A DNA stretch of 64,000 nucleotides, taken from positions 48,918,001 through 48,982,000 of the forward strand of contig OX597815.1 of assembly GCA_951406725.2 (NCBI GenBank), read 5' to 3'. The translations under genes and the position numbers were made by a program. Below are positions 1 to 14,164 of the stretch, in pieces (position 1 is the stretch's first letter; each line of letters opens with the position of its first letter). The DNA is from Octopus vulgaris (lineage: Eukaryota). Below the pieces are notes generated by a model, which was not told the DNA's origin, did no database searches, and saw nothing but the letters and a program-made list of their open reading frames with translations.

Positions 1-568
1 ATAAAAAAAAAATCAGGTTTACAATTCAGTTCCAGGTTTGACGATCGACTAAACCCCATCAGGGTGGTGCCACAGCATGGCCGCAGACCAATGAATGAAA
101 GAGATAAATCAGAAGATTATGCAAAAGAGTATACACAAATATATATACATACATAAGCACACACATACATACACGCACTCACACACACACACTCATACAC
201 ACATATATGTTGTGTGTGTGTATGTGTGTAGTCGTATATGTTATAAAATGTATGTTCATATGTCTGTTCAAACCCCTCGATGTATGTTCAGAATGTATGT
301 TCATACCCCTCGACCTGTGGGGTCATTCCCACTCCACGGCATTTTCGTCAAGTGTCTTTGAGAATAGCCCTCGATTGAGCAATATCTGGAAAAAGAATTT
401 GAACAAAACTCAGGGTCCAGCCGGATGCATATATATATATATATATATATACTACTAAACCTTGGGAGGGGCATTATGCCGGTAATAATTAACACACGCA
501 CTGGTTCGGTCCTTTATTGTCATTGTTCAGTGTTGTTCGTATTGCTATTTCTTCCAAATACAAATACG

Positions 569-633
<65 letters not shown>

Positions 634-713
634 CATACATACATATATACACACACATATATATATACACATACATATATATGCATTTATACATGCATGT
701 ATTTTTGTATATA

Positions 714-748
<35 letters not shown>

Positions 749-811
749 TTACACATAGGTATACTTACATATATACACACGCATTTATGTGTCTGTGTCA
801 GTGTTTGTGAG

Positions 812-843
<32 letters not shown>

Positions 844-980
844 TGGTGGGTTTCTAAGTTTTCTATGAAATATATACACACACACACACACTTATACATA
901 ATTCAAACATATTTACATATACACACATATCATACGTACACACATACATACATACACACATATATATGTGTGTGTGTGCA

Positions 981-1285
981 CTGGACCGATCAGTGCCTTG
1001 TAAGCGAATTTAGTAGAAGGAAACTGCGTTGAAGCCCTTCGTATATGTATATGGGTGTGAGTGTTTCCGTCTTTGTGTCAATATTTGTTCGCGCCTCTGC
1101 TTGACAATCGGTTTTGCCTTTTTTTTTTAGATACCCGTCCTGTAGCGGTTCGGCAAAAATCAACGATGGAATATGTACTAGACTTTAAAGCAAGACCTGA
1201 GTCGATTTGTTCAACTACAGCGCTTGAAGGCGGTGCCCCAGCATGGCCATGCCATAATCCAATGAACGAAATACGGAAGCAATAA
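981..1285 (+). mobile_element. SINE family A copy, 5'-truncated and degraded
   Basis: Matches the 3' two-thirds of the full copy at 19479-19881 (gcttgacaa..., gcggttcggcaaaa, ggcggtgccccagcatggcc). Confidence 0.8.
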
Positions 1286-1654
1286 AATTATATATACATT
1301 GAGAGAGTGGGGGAGAAAGATGCATGTGTGCGCGTGCGTGTTTGTATACATGTGTGTTATGTATGCTTGTGGTTATGTGTGCGTGTATGTAACGTAAGTA
1401 CACTGTTGGTTTTGTTAAATCCGGCGTTGTGTCAATATGGTCACTTAAGCTAATCGATACCTGACTGAAATGACTATTGGAGCTGATATAATCGACTAAA
1501 AGCTCTTCGTTGCGGTGCTCCAGTATGGCCGCAGTCTAATGTCAGAAAATAGCAAGAGAAAGACTGCGTGTGTATATATGTGTGTAAGCATTTCTGTTTG
1601 TGTAGTGTAACCCACGTGTTTTAACTTATTTCCTTGGAGGAATACATATATTCG

Positions 1655-1700
<46 letters not shown>

Positions 1701-3104
1701 TGAGCGGCGTAATTGGGTTTGTGTATGTGCGTGTGTCTCCGTAAGTGGACGAGTAGGTGTGCAAGCCCGTCTCAAACTTTTTGTCATAGAACTCCGTGCG
1801 AGCACACGTCGGCGTGTTTGTGTGTGTGTGTGTGTGTTTCCGCATGTTTGTGTGCAAGTGTGCGAGTTGGGTTTAAATGTTTTCAGTTGTATCTATCTAT
1901 CTATCTATCTATCTGGATAAATAGATAGATTGAAGAGAGAGAGAGAGAGAGATGAGTGTATACATGTATGTGTGTGCATATGCCGTGAATAAGTTTCATA
2001 TGCATATAAACGAATATGTATATGTGTGTGCCTGTGTGTGTGTACTCTTTCTACTCACGGACACACACACACACACACATACATGCATGCATATATATAT
2101 ATATATATATATATCAATTTGGACGTGAATACGTGTGTGTTTGCGTGTGTGCGTGTTCGTTCGGTCCTGGCTGGCTCTCTTGCTTCAAGCTTTTCTGGCA
2201 TCAGAAGCTGTAGCGGCGGCGGTGGCGGGGAAACCCGGAGCGCGCGTGTACGTGCAAGCTTATGTCTGTTTTTGCGTGTGTTCCTATGTGTGTGTGTGTA
2301 CGTGTGCGTGTGCATGTGTGTCTGTTTGCGTATGTGTACGAGGGGTGCGTGGGAAAGGGGATGCTACGGCGGTGGCGACGGCGGCGGCGGAGACACGCCG
2401 GCTGGAAAGAAAAAAGTGGTAAAAAAAAACGATTAGTTAGTTACACGGCACACTTTACCACCCTTACCCTCATTATTCTCTTAGTCTCTCTACCCCTCTC
2501 TCTCTCTCTATCTCTATCATGTCTTCTTTCTCCTCTCTTTCTCTGTCTCTTTATTCTATCATCCCACTGCCGTGCTTCCTTCTCCTGCCGTCCTACCAAC
2601 CTGCCTGCCCTCCCTCGTCATCACATCCTGCCTCAAGAACAACGGCCTCACTTCGTCTCATCTTCCTACGCAGCCGTGTGACAAGTCTGCCACGCTCCCT
2701 ACTGCCTTCCTCTTTCTCCCTCTTACTCATACCCTTTCTTTTTTCCTTGTTTCTCCCTGTCTCTCTCTCTTCGCTCTCTGTCTTTCTCTTTCACTTCAGC
2801 CCTTCCTCCTTCCCTTCTATGAATGGCACGTGCCCAGGCAACAGACCAAGCCACCCAGCCTTGTTTTTTCCTTCTCTGCCTGCTGCTCTTGCCAACCGAC
2901 AAACCAGCCACCCAACCAGACTTTTGCAGTCAGTCAGTCAGTCAAGCAGCCAGACATACAGACAAGCTGACATGCAGACAGGCAAAACAGGCAGTCAGGC
3001 AGACATGCAGCCAGCCAGCCAGCCCAACTTAGAGTCGAACAGACACATCCTGTCAGACAGGCAGACAGTCAGTCAGCCAGATAGTCGAACAAACAGATAT
3101 AAGG

Positions 3105-3485
3105 CGCTGACACGGATATGTAAGTAAGACACTCGCTTTGCAGCCATGTGGTTTCGGGTTCAGTCCCGCTGCGCAGAACCTTCAAGCAAATATCTTCAAC
3201 TATTGCTTCCACAGACCGACCAATGTCATCAGAGTGAATTTGGTAGAAAGAAACTGTGTGGAAGCTGGTTATGTGTATGTTTGTCCACTGCACCTCTACC
3301 GTTTGACAACTGGTGTTGGTTTATTTACGTCCCTGTAAATCCGTCGGTTAGCGGATCGGCAAAAGAGAACGATTGATTAAGTGCTAGACATTGAACTAAG
3401 TACTGGGGTCGGTTTGTTCCACCAAAACCTTCAAGGTAGTGCTACAGCATGGCCGCAGTCTTATAAATGAAAGAAGTAAAAGGTA
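3105..3485 (+). mobile_element. SINE family A copy, degraded
   Basis: B-box-like gggttcagtccc and tail cagcatggccgcagtc, collinear with 19479-19881. Confidence 0.8.
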
Positions 3486-3847
3486 AACAGATAGACAGAC
3501 AGAGAACTATACATGCTGACTGCCAGCCAAACATACATGCACACAGACAGACAGACAGACAAAAGGAAGGCAAACAGACTGACATACAGTCATCTCGTCT
3601 CTATCCCAACATTTTTGTTTTGTTTTGTTTTTTTGTTTTACCAATGTTGTTTTATCACTCTGTAAACACGTCTAGTTCCCTTTTTTTAGTAACAATAATA
3701 ACAACATGTATTCTGCTTGTGAAGAAAGAATAAATATTGATATCACTACTATTACCAACGCCACCACCACTACCACCACCACCACCACTAATACTACCAT
3801 TAGTGGCACTGAATCCAAGTTTGTATCTACTATAAATAATAATAAAA

Positions 3848-4185
3848 ACCCTCTCCGGTTATGAATGACCATGAGATTGCACCCTTGAAGTTACCCTCTG
3901 AGGCACAAGTCCAGGCAAAATTGTTTCTGGAGGAACAGCAGTTACCCATGTATATCATGCCTTCCCTATCCATGCTACTGATGTTATCCAAAGGAAAGGC
4001 AAAGATTGATACGGCTTGGCACCAGTGACGTCGCAACTCATTTCTACAGATAAGTGAACTGGAGCAACATGAAATAAAGTGTCTTGCTCAAGAACAGAAC
4101 AACCCGGTCCGTGAGTCGATCTCACTAACTTATGTGAGCCCTTATGTGAGCCCGACGCTCTAAACACCGAGCTATGCGTCTTCAC
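3848..4185 (-). mobile_element. SINE family C (tRNA head, CORE-like ttgagcaagacact, distinct tail)
   Basis: Collinear with copies at 41517-41854 and 54527-54859. Confidence 0.85.
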
Positions 4186-4510
4186 AAATAGCAGCAATAA
4201 GCTTCTAATAATTCCATGGACATAGTAAAAGTTGTCTTTCTCTGATAAAGATATAAGAAAACTAGAAACTAACCAAAACTATCCCTTCTATTCAGAGAGA
4301 TAAATTCCTATGGTATCACAAATTTGGATGCTTTTACGAAAAGGCAAAAACTGAATTAAGTTTTTTTTTTCAAATTACAAAACATAGTCTTGTACTATAT
4401 TAATAAATTTTAATCGATTTGTCGGCCCGTCTTCTTTCCTTTCCCTTCCTCCTCACGCATGTGTATTTATAGATGTACGCGCATGCGTTTTTGTTATGTA
4501 TTTATGAATA

Positions 4511-4675
4511 TAGTCGCAGGTGTGGTTGTGTAGTAAGAAGCTTGCTTTCCAACCACATGGTTTCGAGTTCAGTCCCAATGTATGGCATTTTGGGCATGTG
4601 TCTTCTACTATAGCCTCGGGTCAACTGAAGCCTTGTGAGCGGTATTAGTAGACAGAAACTGAAAGAAGCCCGTCG

Positions 4676-4741
<66 letters not shown>

Positions 4742-4958
4742 AAATACAAAACGGGACAAGAACGCAAAACATCCGGACAGCCAGGTGACACAAAAAGGGA
4801 CAACAAAACATCCAGACAGACGACACAAAGAAAACAAGGACGGGTCACTCGAAGTCGTCCCCCTCAGTCAAGCACCAGTCTATCCTCGCAATTTCGGCTG
4901 ATTATTCTTGAGATTGCTCCAATCTGGTCAGCCCCAAAGAAAAACCAAGCCAAGAGCA

Positions 4959-5030
<72 letters not shown>

Positions 5031-5325
5031 TTAATAAGGGTGAAAGAATTAGATACTAATTTAATAGTATACCTATTCAACACCAAGTGGCCCAGTGCCC
5101 CGAGAAACCTGGATTATTATAATATTCTATAACATATAATATTTTATACAAAAATAAATATAAGAGAGTGGTCACTATGTGGCTCACTCTAGCACTAGTA
5201 AATCCAAAAGGTTTCAACCACAAAAATACATGTTTCCCATGAAAGTCAGTACGATTGTTAGCTCACACGAACAGGGCAAATAAAAAATAACAAAAATACA
5301 GATTATTTTGGGACAATTGTTTCGC

Positions 5326-5396
<71 letters not shown>

Positions 5397-5587
5397 GTGT
5401 GTATTTGTGTCTGTGTTTGTCACACCACTGTATCGCTTGACAACCGATGTTGGTGTGTTTACGTCCCCGTAACTTTGCGGTTCGGTAAAAGCGACTGATA
5501 GAATAAGTACTAAGCTTACAAAAGAATAAGTCTTGGAGCCGATTTCCTCAATCAAATGACTGAAGCGAATGACAGAATAAAAGAATA
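4511..5587 (+). mobile_element. SINE family A copy split by two nested insertions in its internal microsatellite
   Basis: Head at 4511-4680 and tail at about 5400-5587. Foreign sequence lies at 4741-4960 and 5025-5325. Confidence 0.8.
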
Positions 5588-5819
5588 TACATAAATACAA
5601 ACATATATAATCTTTAATTTTGCTCCATAGTTAAGGTTGTTGAGAACATAACGCTGCACATATTGTGAGAAGTAAATTACTAATATAGATATAAAACAAT
5701 GTGTTTGTGGGGTGAAATGTAGTCACAAATTGATTAGTAAAATTCTTTATCAATTCCAAAGAAGGCTAAATTTAAACGTTAAACCATCCTGGCAGTATCT
5801 AATCTCAGAACAAAAAAGT

Positions 5820-6336
5820 CAATAAATACTTGCCATTACATTTTTAATAAACCAAATATGAACCATTTTGTTGCACAATGCGTCTTCATTTTTCCTTTAA
5901 CTTGAAAATACCCTCTTCCCAGAACTGAAGTGATTTCATGGTAAAGAATTCATCAAGGTATCTTTTTACGTTATCCAAGGAATTGAAATTTTTACCATTA
6001 AAACTATTCTGCAGAGACCTGAATAAGTGGAAATCCGAAGGAGCAATATCTGGTGAATATGGAGGGTGGGATAACACATCCCAGCCGAGCTGCAGCAATT
6101 TTTGTCTGGTTCCCAAAGCATCAAGTGCCGAAAATGAACTGTCTTATCTTCCATTCTAAAGGGTTACAGAATTAACACAGGTTATATGAACATAAACCTT
6201 CTTCCACGAAAATATAGCTTAAATTGTGCTCTAAATGGAGGTGTAGTCAAATCCTATTTTATGGACTTAACCATGTTCTAAAATAAGTCGAAAGGTAAGC
6301 TATTATAAATCGGCACAAACTTTCCGAACAACCCAA
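5820..6336 (-). mobile_element. Internally deleted mariner transposon (mellifera-like), fossil transposase
   Basis: 5' TIR-like ttgggttgttcggaaagtttgtgccgattt (6336-6307) flanked by TA. ATG at 6154 gives MEDKTVHFRHLMLWE, joined out of frame to the C-terminus TRQKLLQLGWDVLSHPPYSPDIAPSDFHLFRSLQN...GIFKLKEK*RRIVQQNGSY, which contains the mariner YSPDLAP motif. Confidence 0.92.
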
Positions 6337-6344
6337 TAGACTGG

Positions 6345-6701
6345 AACTCCGTCGGTTGTGACGACGAGTGTTCCAGTTGATCCGATCAACGGAACCGCTG
6401 CTCGTGAAATCAACGTACAAGTGGTTGAGCACTCCACAGACACACATACTCTTGACATAGTTTTCAGCGTAACAGAGAATGGGACGAAGCTGGCCTTTTG
6501 AAATACAAGGAAGTTCAGTGTGACAGAGAATGTGAGAAGGCTGGCCCTTTGAAATACTGGTGCAACTCATTTTTGCCGGCTGAGTTGACTGGAACATCGT
6601 GTAAGAGTGACTGGCTCAATGACACAACGGACCACCGGGTATTGAACACACGGCCTTACAATCGCCAGCCGAATACCCTAACTACCAAGCCACGCGCTTT
6701 C
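6345..6701 (-). mobile_element. SINE family E (tRNA head; tail ending gtcgtcgtaaccgacggag)
   Basis: Collinear with 14777-15074 and 30941-31220. Confidence 0.8.
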
Positions 6702-6954
6702 ATGTGTGTGTGTGTGCGTGTGTGTGTGTGTGTGTGCCTGACCTGCGTATCACGTATTACGCAGGTCATCTTTGTCTGACATCCATGCATCATATGTGAT
6801 AGACATTCCCAATTCTTTTTCACACCACCAGAGTAATTTGAAACTAAAGAAAGGAAAGCTTTATATTCGGGGCCAGATTAAAGGTCCTAAGCACTTAAAA
6901 GATTTTGGTTTCCCCATACATAAGTAATTCACAATATAAACAATAAAATGTCGC

Positions 6955-7160
6955 CCTTTTCAAGCCTAGCCAGGCTCATGGGCCCGGTTTCCCTGTTTCT
7001 GCGGTGTATGTGTTCCCCCCACCTGGACGGGACGCCAATCAATCGCAGCGTTACTCAAGAAACAGGAAGAAAGAGTGAGAGAAAGTTGTGGTGAAAGAGT
7101 ACAACAAGGGGTCGCCACCACACCCTGCCAGAGCCTCGTGGAGCTTTTAAGTGTTTTCGT
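6955..7160 (-). mobile_element. V-domain-like SINE, 3' part
   Basis: Reverse complement contains gcgattgattggcgtcccgtccaggtggg. Homologous to 61588-61871 and 27041-27206. Confidence 0.75.
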
Positions 7161-7995
7161 TGAAATACGAACAATAATAAACCATAAAATAAATTTTTAT
7201 TTTTCAAAATGAAACAAAACTGCAAGACAGAAAATATATTTATTTTTGTATACTTTCATTTTATTATATTTCAAAAGTTTTCTACTTTTTTTAATGGTAA
7301 AGTCTTTGATCAGATCCTTACTATGACACCATGAACACTTTGGAATTATATTTCCGATTACATAAACCACTTGGAATATTATTTTAGCTAGTTTAAAATG
7401 GTTTCTTTTGTGAGCCGTAAACCAGTTAACATTTCTGTGATGCTCCATGATGCCATGATCACGTGCTTATTTTACTTAATGGTTAATCCAGCGCTGTTTC
7501 TATTACCCAGGACGTATGAAATGGAGGCTAACAGGCCTGAAAACAAGCATGGGTGTTTAGGACAAACTTAAGAAAAAGGCTTTGGACTGGCAACAGATTA
7601 GATCCAGTTTTTTTTCGTGCAGCATTTAGTATTCTCTACCAGTTCATAAGGTTGACACTGAAAGTACAGTTTTTTTTAATCGACCGAATATTAGATATCG
7701 AACACCGATAGATGATGCGCAAAATAGACTTCAAAAGAATTTTAAGCTGCCCGGATTTAAAGAAAAATTGCAACAAAAGTGTTTAATCTGGCATTCAAGA
7801 AGTATTTTTATGTTCCATTGTGTAATTTTCATGATAATTAAGTATTTTGATTATTAAAGGGGAAATTTTGTAGATTTACCATTTTGTTATATAGAAAGAA
7901 AAATGGAGTTACAGTTTTGAAATAAACAACTGCAGAAATAGCTTTTTTTACGTCAGAGTACCCTAAACAGAAGTGAGCGTGTTTTGTGTGTGTGC

Positions 7996-8047
<52 letters not shown>

Positions 8048-8152
8048 AAAAGAGAGAGGGGGAGGGAAAGAGCATATTTGTGTGTGTGTGTGTGTGTGTG
8101 TTTGCGATGCATATAAATATATATATATGCATGTATGTTGGTATGTATGTAG

Positions 8153-8183
<31 letters not shown>

Positions 8184-8397
8184 TGTATGTATGTATGTAT
8201 GTATGTATGTATGTATGTATTTATTACTGTTTTAGTAAAGGAAGCAAGGAAAGTACGTATAAGGTTCTATTTTGCCAGAGAGTAAAGGACCCGAAACAAA
8301 AACGGTTGTTATTTTGTACAACGGTGAAACACCTCTCCTCTCACTTTCTGTTCCTTTCAATCCAGACAGACAGACAGACAGATAGACAGACAGACAA

Positions 8398-8512
<115 letters not shown>

Positions 8513-8553
8513 CGACGAGTTTTCCACACAGTTTCCGTCTAACAAATTAACTC

Positions 8554-9790
8554 GCCCTCAGTTTGTGTAGTTGTGGCTCGAGGTCATTACATACAAGAGA
8601 GACGAGAGGACGAAACCTTGCCGGACCGAGCTCATGATGTTGACTCTGAGAGGTGAATGTTCACTCTGACTACTGAACAGATGTTGCTGTGCATTGCAGT
8701 GATCCAGCCCCTGAAAACAGGCTCGAAACCAACTGCCTTGGAGACTGCTGCCAGTTATAGATGGTTGACCCTATCGAAAGCTTTAGACTGTTCTAAATTG
8801 ATCAGGATCCCACTCGTGCCAGGTTCTTTAACCACTTTCTCAATGATGAATCTAATGATGTGGTGATTGTCGTGGATGGATCTTTTTGGGATGGAGCATA
8901 TCTGTGCCTCTCCTACCAGATCCCTGACGACAAGGCAACGTTGTAGCTAATACCTTCGCCAAAATTTTGAACTCTGAATTCAGCAGAGTTATGGGCCTAA
9001 AATTGTCGATACAATCCCCCTTGTTCGGGTTTTTTTTCTCAACAATGCCACCGCTCCTTGACTCACATACCTGGGAATTCTCCCATTCTCTTACCAGTTG
9101 CATCTTAAGATGTCGCCGAGCAAGTCTGTAAGCGTAAAGTTCGAAGGGCAGACCATACAAACCAGGAGAATTACTCCTCATGCAGCTAGCCATTGCTTCC
9201 CGTATTTCAAAGGCTGTTATCAACTTTTCGTAGCGTTCCTCTTCCGTCACCGAGAGCTGCGGCAGCCCGCCGAGGTAGGACGTGAAATCCATTCTGCGAC
9301 CCGGCTCACCGCTGCCCCCGAACAACTGAGCGAAGCGCCGCTGAAAGCTGCAGACATCTATCTCGGATCAGTTATCATTTGCCCGTCGTTGTCCGGCAAG
9401 GATTGTATCGTGAATTTATTGCCACGCCATGCTTCTGCTACTCGGGCCCATTGAACGGCTTTCGTCCCTTCGTGTCTAAACTCGTGCCATAGCTCTGACA
9501 ACGTAACCTTCATGTTTTGCGTTGAAGAATTGGTCGAATGCCAATCTCGCTGCGAGCGCGTCGGTCGCAATGCCTTTTCTAAAAGACTCATCTAACTTCT
9601 TGGCTAGCTCTGCTTCTACTCAGTTTCTTTCTTCTGCTAGTCCTTTGCTAAACATTATCGATTCTATTCTAATCGCCCTTTTCAGGGTGAGCCAACATTT
9701 ATTGTTGAATATTGCCCCCGTCAACACCCTCTTAATTAATGCGGTGACTGAAATCTTAACGCGCCGGCGACGACGTGTTCAGTTTCCAGT
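8554..9790 (-). pseudogene. Fossil non-LTR retrotransposon ORF2 (reverse transcriptase), L1/Tx1-like
   Basis: Frameshifted motifs in order on the minus strand: SPGLYGLPFELY, NFRPITLLNSEFKILAKVLA, SIHDNHHIIR, LINLEQSKAFDRVNH, SVRQGFVLSSLLY. Confidence 0.9.
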
Positions 9791-9861
9791 TACCGGATTC
9801 CAGTCTATGAAGCCTATCTAAGTCGACTGTACAGATCACGAATTTATGTTCTGATAATAAT

Positions 9862-10176
<315 letters not shown>

Positions 10177-10721
10177 CTTAAAGATACATCACTAAAGTAG
10201 AAGACTTACATCATGCTTATACCCTCTATCCAACTGTGACTCTTTAACACGAAAAAGGAATATATTAAAATCGGATGTGTTTTATTTGCACTCATTTTCA
10301 CAGGCTGTGCATTGCATGCCTTGCAAAGATGCAGGAAACGCCACATGTTAGGACTAATATCACATTCTTGGGGTTGATATATTAGGACGAATATCATCAT
10401 TTTGGGGTTTATAGTCACTGTGTTGTTACTGCTGAACATTGCGATCTTCCCTAGGTAGGTACTAGTGGTTTCGTTCTCGATTGGCTGTGTGGTAAGAAGT
10501 TCGCTTCCGAATCACAGACTTTCAGGTTCAGTCCCAATGCGTGGCAACTTGGGCAAGTGTCTTTTATTATAGTCCCAAACCGACCAAAGCCTTCCGAGTG
10601 GATTTGATAGACGGAAACTGAAAGAACTCCGTTCGAAAAAAGTTCATTTTCTATGCCTTTGTTTTTCCTGTTCTCGTTTTTCATGTTGTTCACGTTTTTT
10701 TTGACGTCCTGTACCCATATA

Positions 10722-10799
<78 letters not shown>

Positions 10800-11049
10800 T
10801 GTATGTATGTTTGGGTAATTTGAATGAACGAAAATATTTAGAATTGTAAATCGGAAACGATAAAAATACAATGATTCTTTACTATTTCGAGTCATTTGTC
10901 TAATAAATTTTGCGACCTGTTATTTTCTGTATTTTATTTGCGATAGACATTTAAAATTACAAATATTTATGAATAATACTCGAATTTTCATAGACCTATT
11001 AACTGGTATTCACTTCAGTATGATAGAAAATACCTAGAGAAAATATACT

Positions 11050-11245
11050 GGCTTCAAATCTTGGCACAAGGTCAGTAATTTCGATTACATTGACTCCTGT
11101 GCTCAACTGGGACATATTTCATTGACCACGAAAGAATGAAAGTCAAAGTCGACCATGGCGGCATTTGAACTCAGTTGGTAAAGACGGACAAAATGCCGCT
11201 AAGCATTTTGCCCGGCGTGCTAACGATTCTGTCAACTTGTCGCGT
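11050..11245 (-). mobile_element. SINE family B copy
   Basis: aaagtcgacc...gcatttgaactcag...gctaagcattttgcccggcgtgctaacgattc. Confidence 0.8.
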
Positions 11246-11533
11246 ATTGGAGAAATTAAATTGAATGTTCTAAAGTTATCTGTAATGTTGAAACGACTAC
11301 TTTTACCAAGTTACTCTCACGGAGTCATTTAGAATGAATTTACAGAAATTATGTTTGGATCCATTCATGTGATCGTATATTTTACTGGCCTCGTTTAAAT
11401 TAAATATATAGAAAGCACACTCAAATGAGCAAATATATGTTTCTGCTTTATAAGCATTTTTTCTTTTATTCTTTTAGTGATTAAACATGTTGGGGTTCCA
11501 CCATGGAGGATTTAGCGGAACAAATCGACTGCA

Positions 11534-11891
11534 CAGTTCTATATTTAAGAAATGAGGAATTATGTACATTATTTACATTCGACGATATTTATCCTAATCT
11601 TGTTTGTTGTTAAAACAAACCACTACGCCATATGCCCACGGGCATATGGCGTAGTGGTTAAGATTGCGGGCTACTAACCCCAAGATTTCGAGTTCGATTC
11701 CAAGCAGTCACCTGAACAACAACAACAGCAATAATAATAATAATAATAACACCGAAAAATACCTTAGGAATGAGAACCCAGGTTCGAAATTTCACCAAGA
11801 CCCCTGGTGAAGGCTGGAGGGTATATCAACCGAAACGTTGTGTTAACAAGAAACAAGATGAGGACAAATATCCGTTGAATGTAAATAATGT
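11534..11891 (+). mobile_element. tRNA-headed hammerhead element with inverted 3' end and 12-bp TSD (copy 1)
   Basis: TSD aaatcgactgca at 11522-11533 and 11892-11903. Inverted tail 11534-11617, tRNA head from 11640, hammerhead-like core 11804-11844. Confidence 0.85.
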
Positions 11892-12099
11892 AAATCGACT
11901 GCAGTACTTATTTTCTTATTAAAGTCTTATACTTTTTGTATCGTTCTCTCGTTTCTTGAGTCACTCTGTTACTTCTATTCAATATTAATTATAAAACATA
12001 ATATATATAGCATATCATATTATATTATATTATATATTATATTATATTATATTATATTATACACACGCGCGCGCGCACACACACATACACACACATAGA

Positions 12100-12306
12100 C
12101 GAAGGGGTGCTAAAAAGTTCCCGGGTTTAAGAGTATCCTGAAAGACCTGCTCGGAGGCCCAACCTTTCGAGTTCCTTTACAGGACTTAGAAAAGCTGAAA
12201 GACCGCGGCAATAAGAGTGTGAATCTGAGAGGCAAATATGTTGAATAACATGATTATTAACTGATCCTCCTGTATTTTCTTTTACCCAAAGTCAGGAACC
12301 CTCTCA
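12100..12306 (+). mobile_element. Mariner-derived MITE
   Basis: TIR cgaaggggtgctaaaaagttcc; retains the transposase end (..NKSVNLRGKYVE*). Homologous to 31310-31506 and 38129-38341. Confidence 0.8.
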
Positions 12307-12752
12307 TACTCGCGCGCACGCACACACTCACACACACACACACACACACACACATGCTACAAATTGATTAATCCCCGTATAAAGACAGATCAGATTAACT
12401 TTACCAGAGAGTTTGTATGTCCCGTAAATAGTTATAAGATATTAATTAATATGTTTGTGCCGCCGTGGAAAGAAGATGGGTGTTCTTTTTCAGATGAAGA
12501 TCTAAAAGGAAATCTAGAAACCAGTCAGAACTATCCCCTTTTTTTTCTGCTCAGACGGGTAAAAAAAAAAATAAAAACCAGGGTGCTGTCAACGATTTTT
12601 TTTTTCTTTTTTCTTTTTTTTTTTTTTCTTTTTTTTCACAGCAGGGTTTGAAAATGGTTTCAAATTATCCCAAAGAAAGTTACGTAGTGCATTTTTAATT
12701 AAATAATTAATTCACACACAAACAGATACACACACACATTCATATATACATA

Positions 12753-12800
<48 letters not shown>

Positions 12801-12873
12801 TCATACGGGGTTAACCACAGTAAGTAAGGTACTCAATACATAGCAGAGTAAAATTAATTTATTATATAGAAGG

Positions 12874-12924
12874 AGCTTCTACAGGACTAGTACTGTTTCA
12901 TTCAAGAGAAATCTTCAGGAAGCT
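12874..12924 (-). ncRNA. Type I hammerhead ribozyme motif (inverted copy)
   Basis: Reverse complement is identical to 14165-14215. Confidence 0.65.
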
Positions 12925-13195
12925 ATACGTATACGTGTATGTATGTATGTGTGTGCGTAGATTTGTATATGTATGTGTGAGTGTGTATATATATATATAT
13001 ATATATATACATATATATAGATGGGTGTGTGTATGCGTATAAATGCATGTAAGTATGGATGTATAGATGTATGTATGTATGTATACGTATGTATGTGTGT
13101 ATGTGTGTATGTATATATATGTGTGTGTATATATGTTTGTGTATGTATATATATGTGTATGTATGTGTGTGTATGTGTATGTGTGTATGTGTAGG

Positions 13196-13261
<66 letters not shown>

Positions 13262-13715
13262 TATGTATCTGTATGTAGGAGTATATATGTGTGTGTGTGT
13301 ATGTATATGCGGGTATATATATATATATATATATATGTATATTTATTGGTGTATATGTATAGACTAGCCTCCTAAAGTGTAGACACGAATCTGTAGGTAC
13401 GAGTACGTATGTGTATATACGTGAACGTATGTAGATGTTTGTATGTATGAATATAACGCGTGCGTACGTGTATGTGTATGAGTGTACGAATGGGTGAATG
13501 TACGTGCTAATGAGTGTGCGTGCGGGAATGAGTACTTGCCTTCTAGTAGACAGACAAACGGACAAGCAGCTATTGCCAGGATTCTTAGCCCTAGCGATCA
13601 AAGATAACAAAAGTAATAAATGAAGATAATAAAATTAAAATTAGGAATGGGCCTGTATTGGATTGTATATATATGTATATGTATATTTGTATGTATGTAT
13701 GTGTGTATGTGTAGG

Positions 13716-13772
<57 letters not shown>

Positions 13773-14164
13773 AGATATATGTGTATGTGCGTATGTGTGT
13801 GTAGATACGTATACATGTGTGTATAGGTATAAGTGAGAATCTCCTTATTTACCTATAACTCTATCCCCCTTTTTTATATATATATTTTATATATATATTT
13901 TTTATATATATATTTTTTTATATATTTTTTTATATATATTTTTTATTTTTTATATTTTTTATATTTTTTATATATTTTTTTATATTTTTATTTTTATTTT
14001 TATTCTTTTATTTTATCCTTTTATTTTTTTATTTTTTATTTTTTTATTTTTTTATTACCTTGACCACTCCCCCAAGTATGATATTTTGCGCTATGCCTAC
14101 CCCCAAAAAGTCCCCCACCACCACTCCTCTAAATGTATAAATGCTAATACAATTCTTGTTAAAT

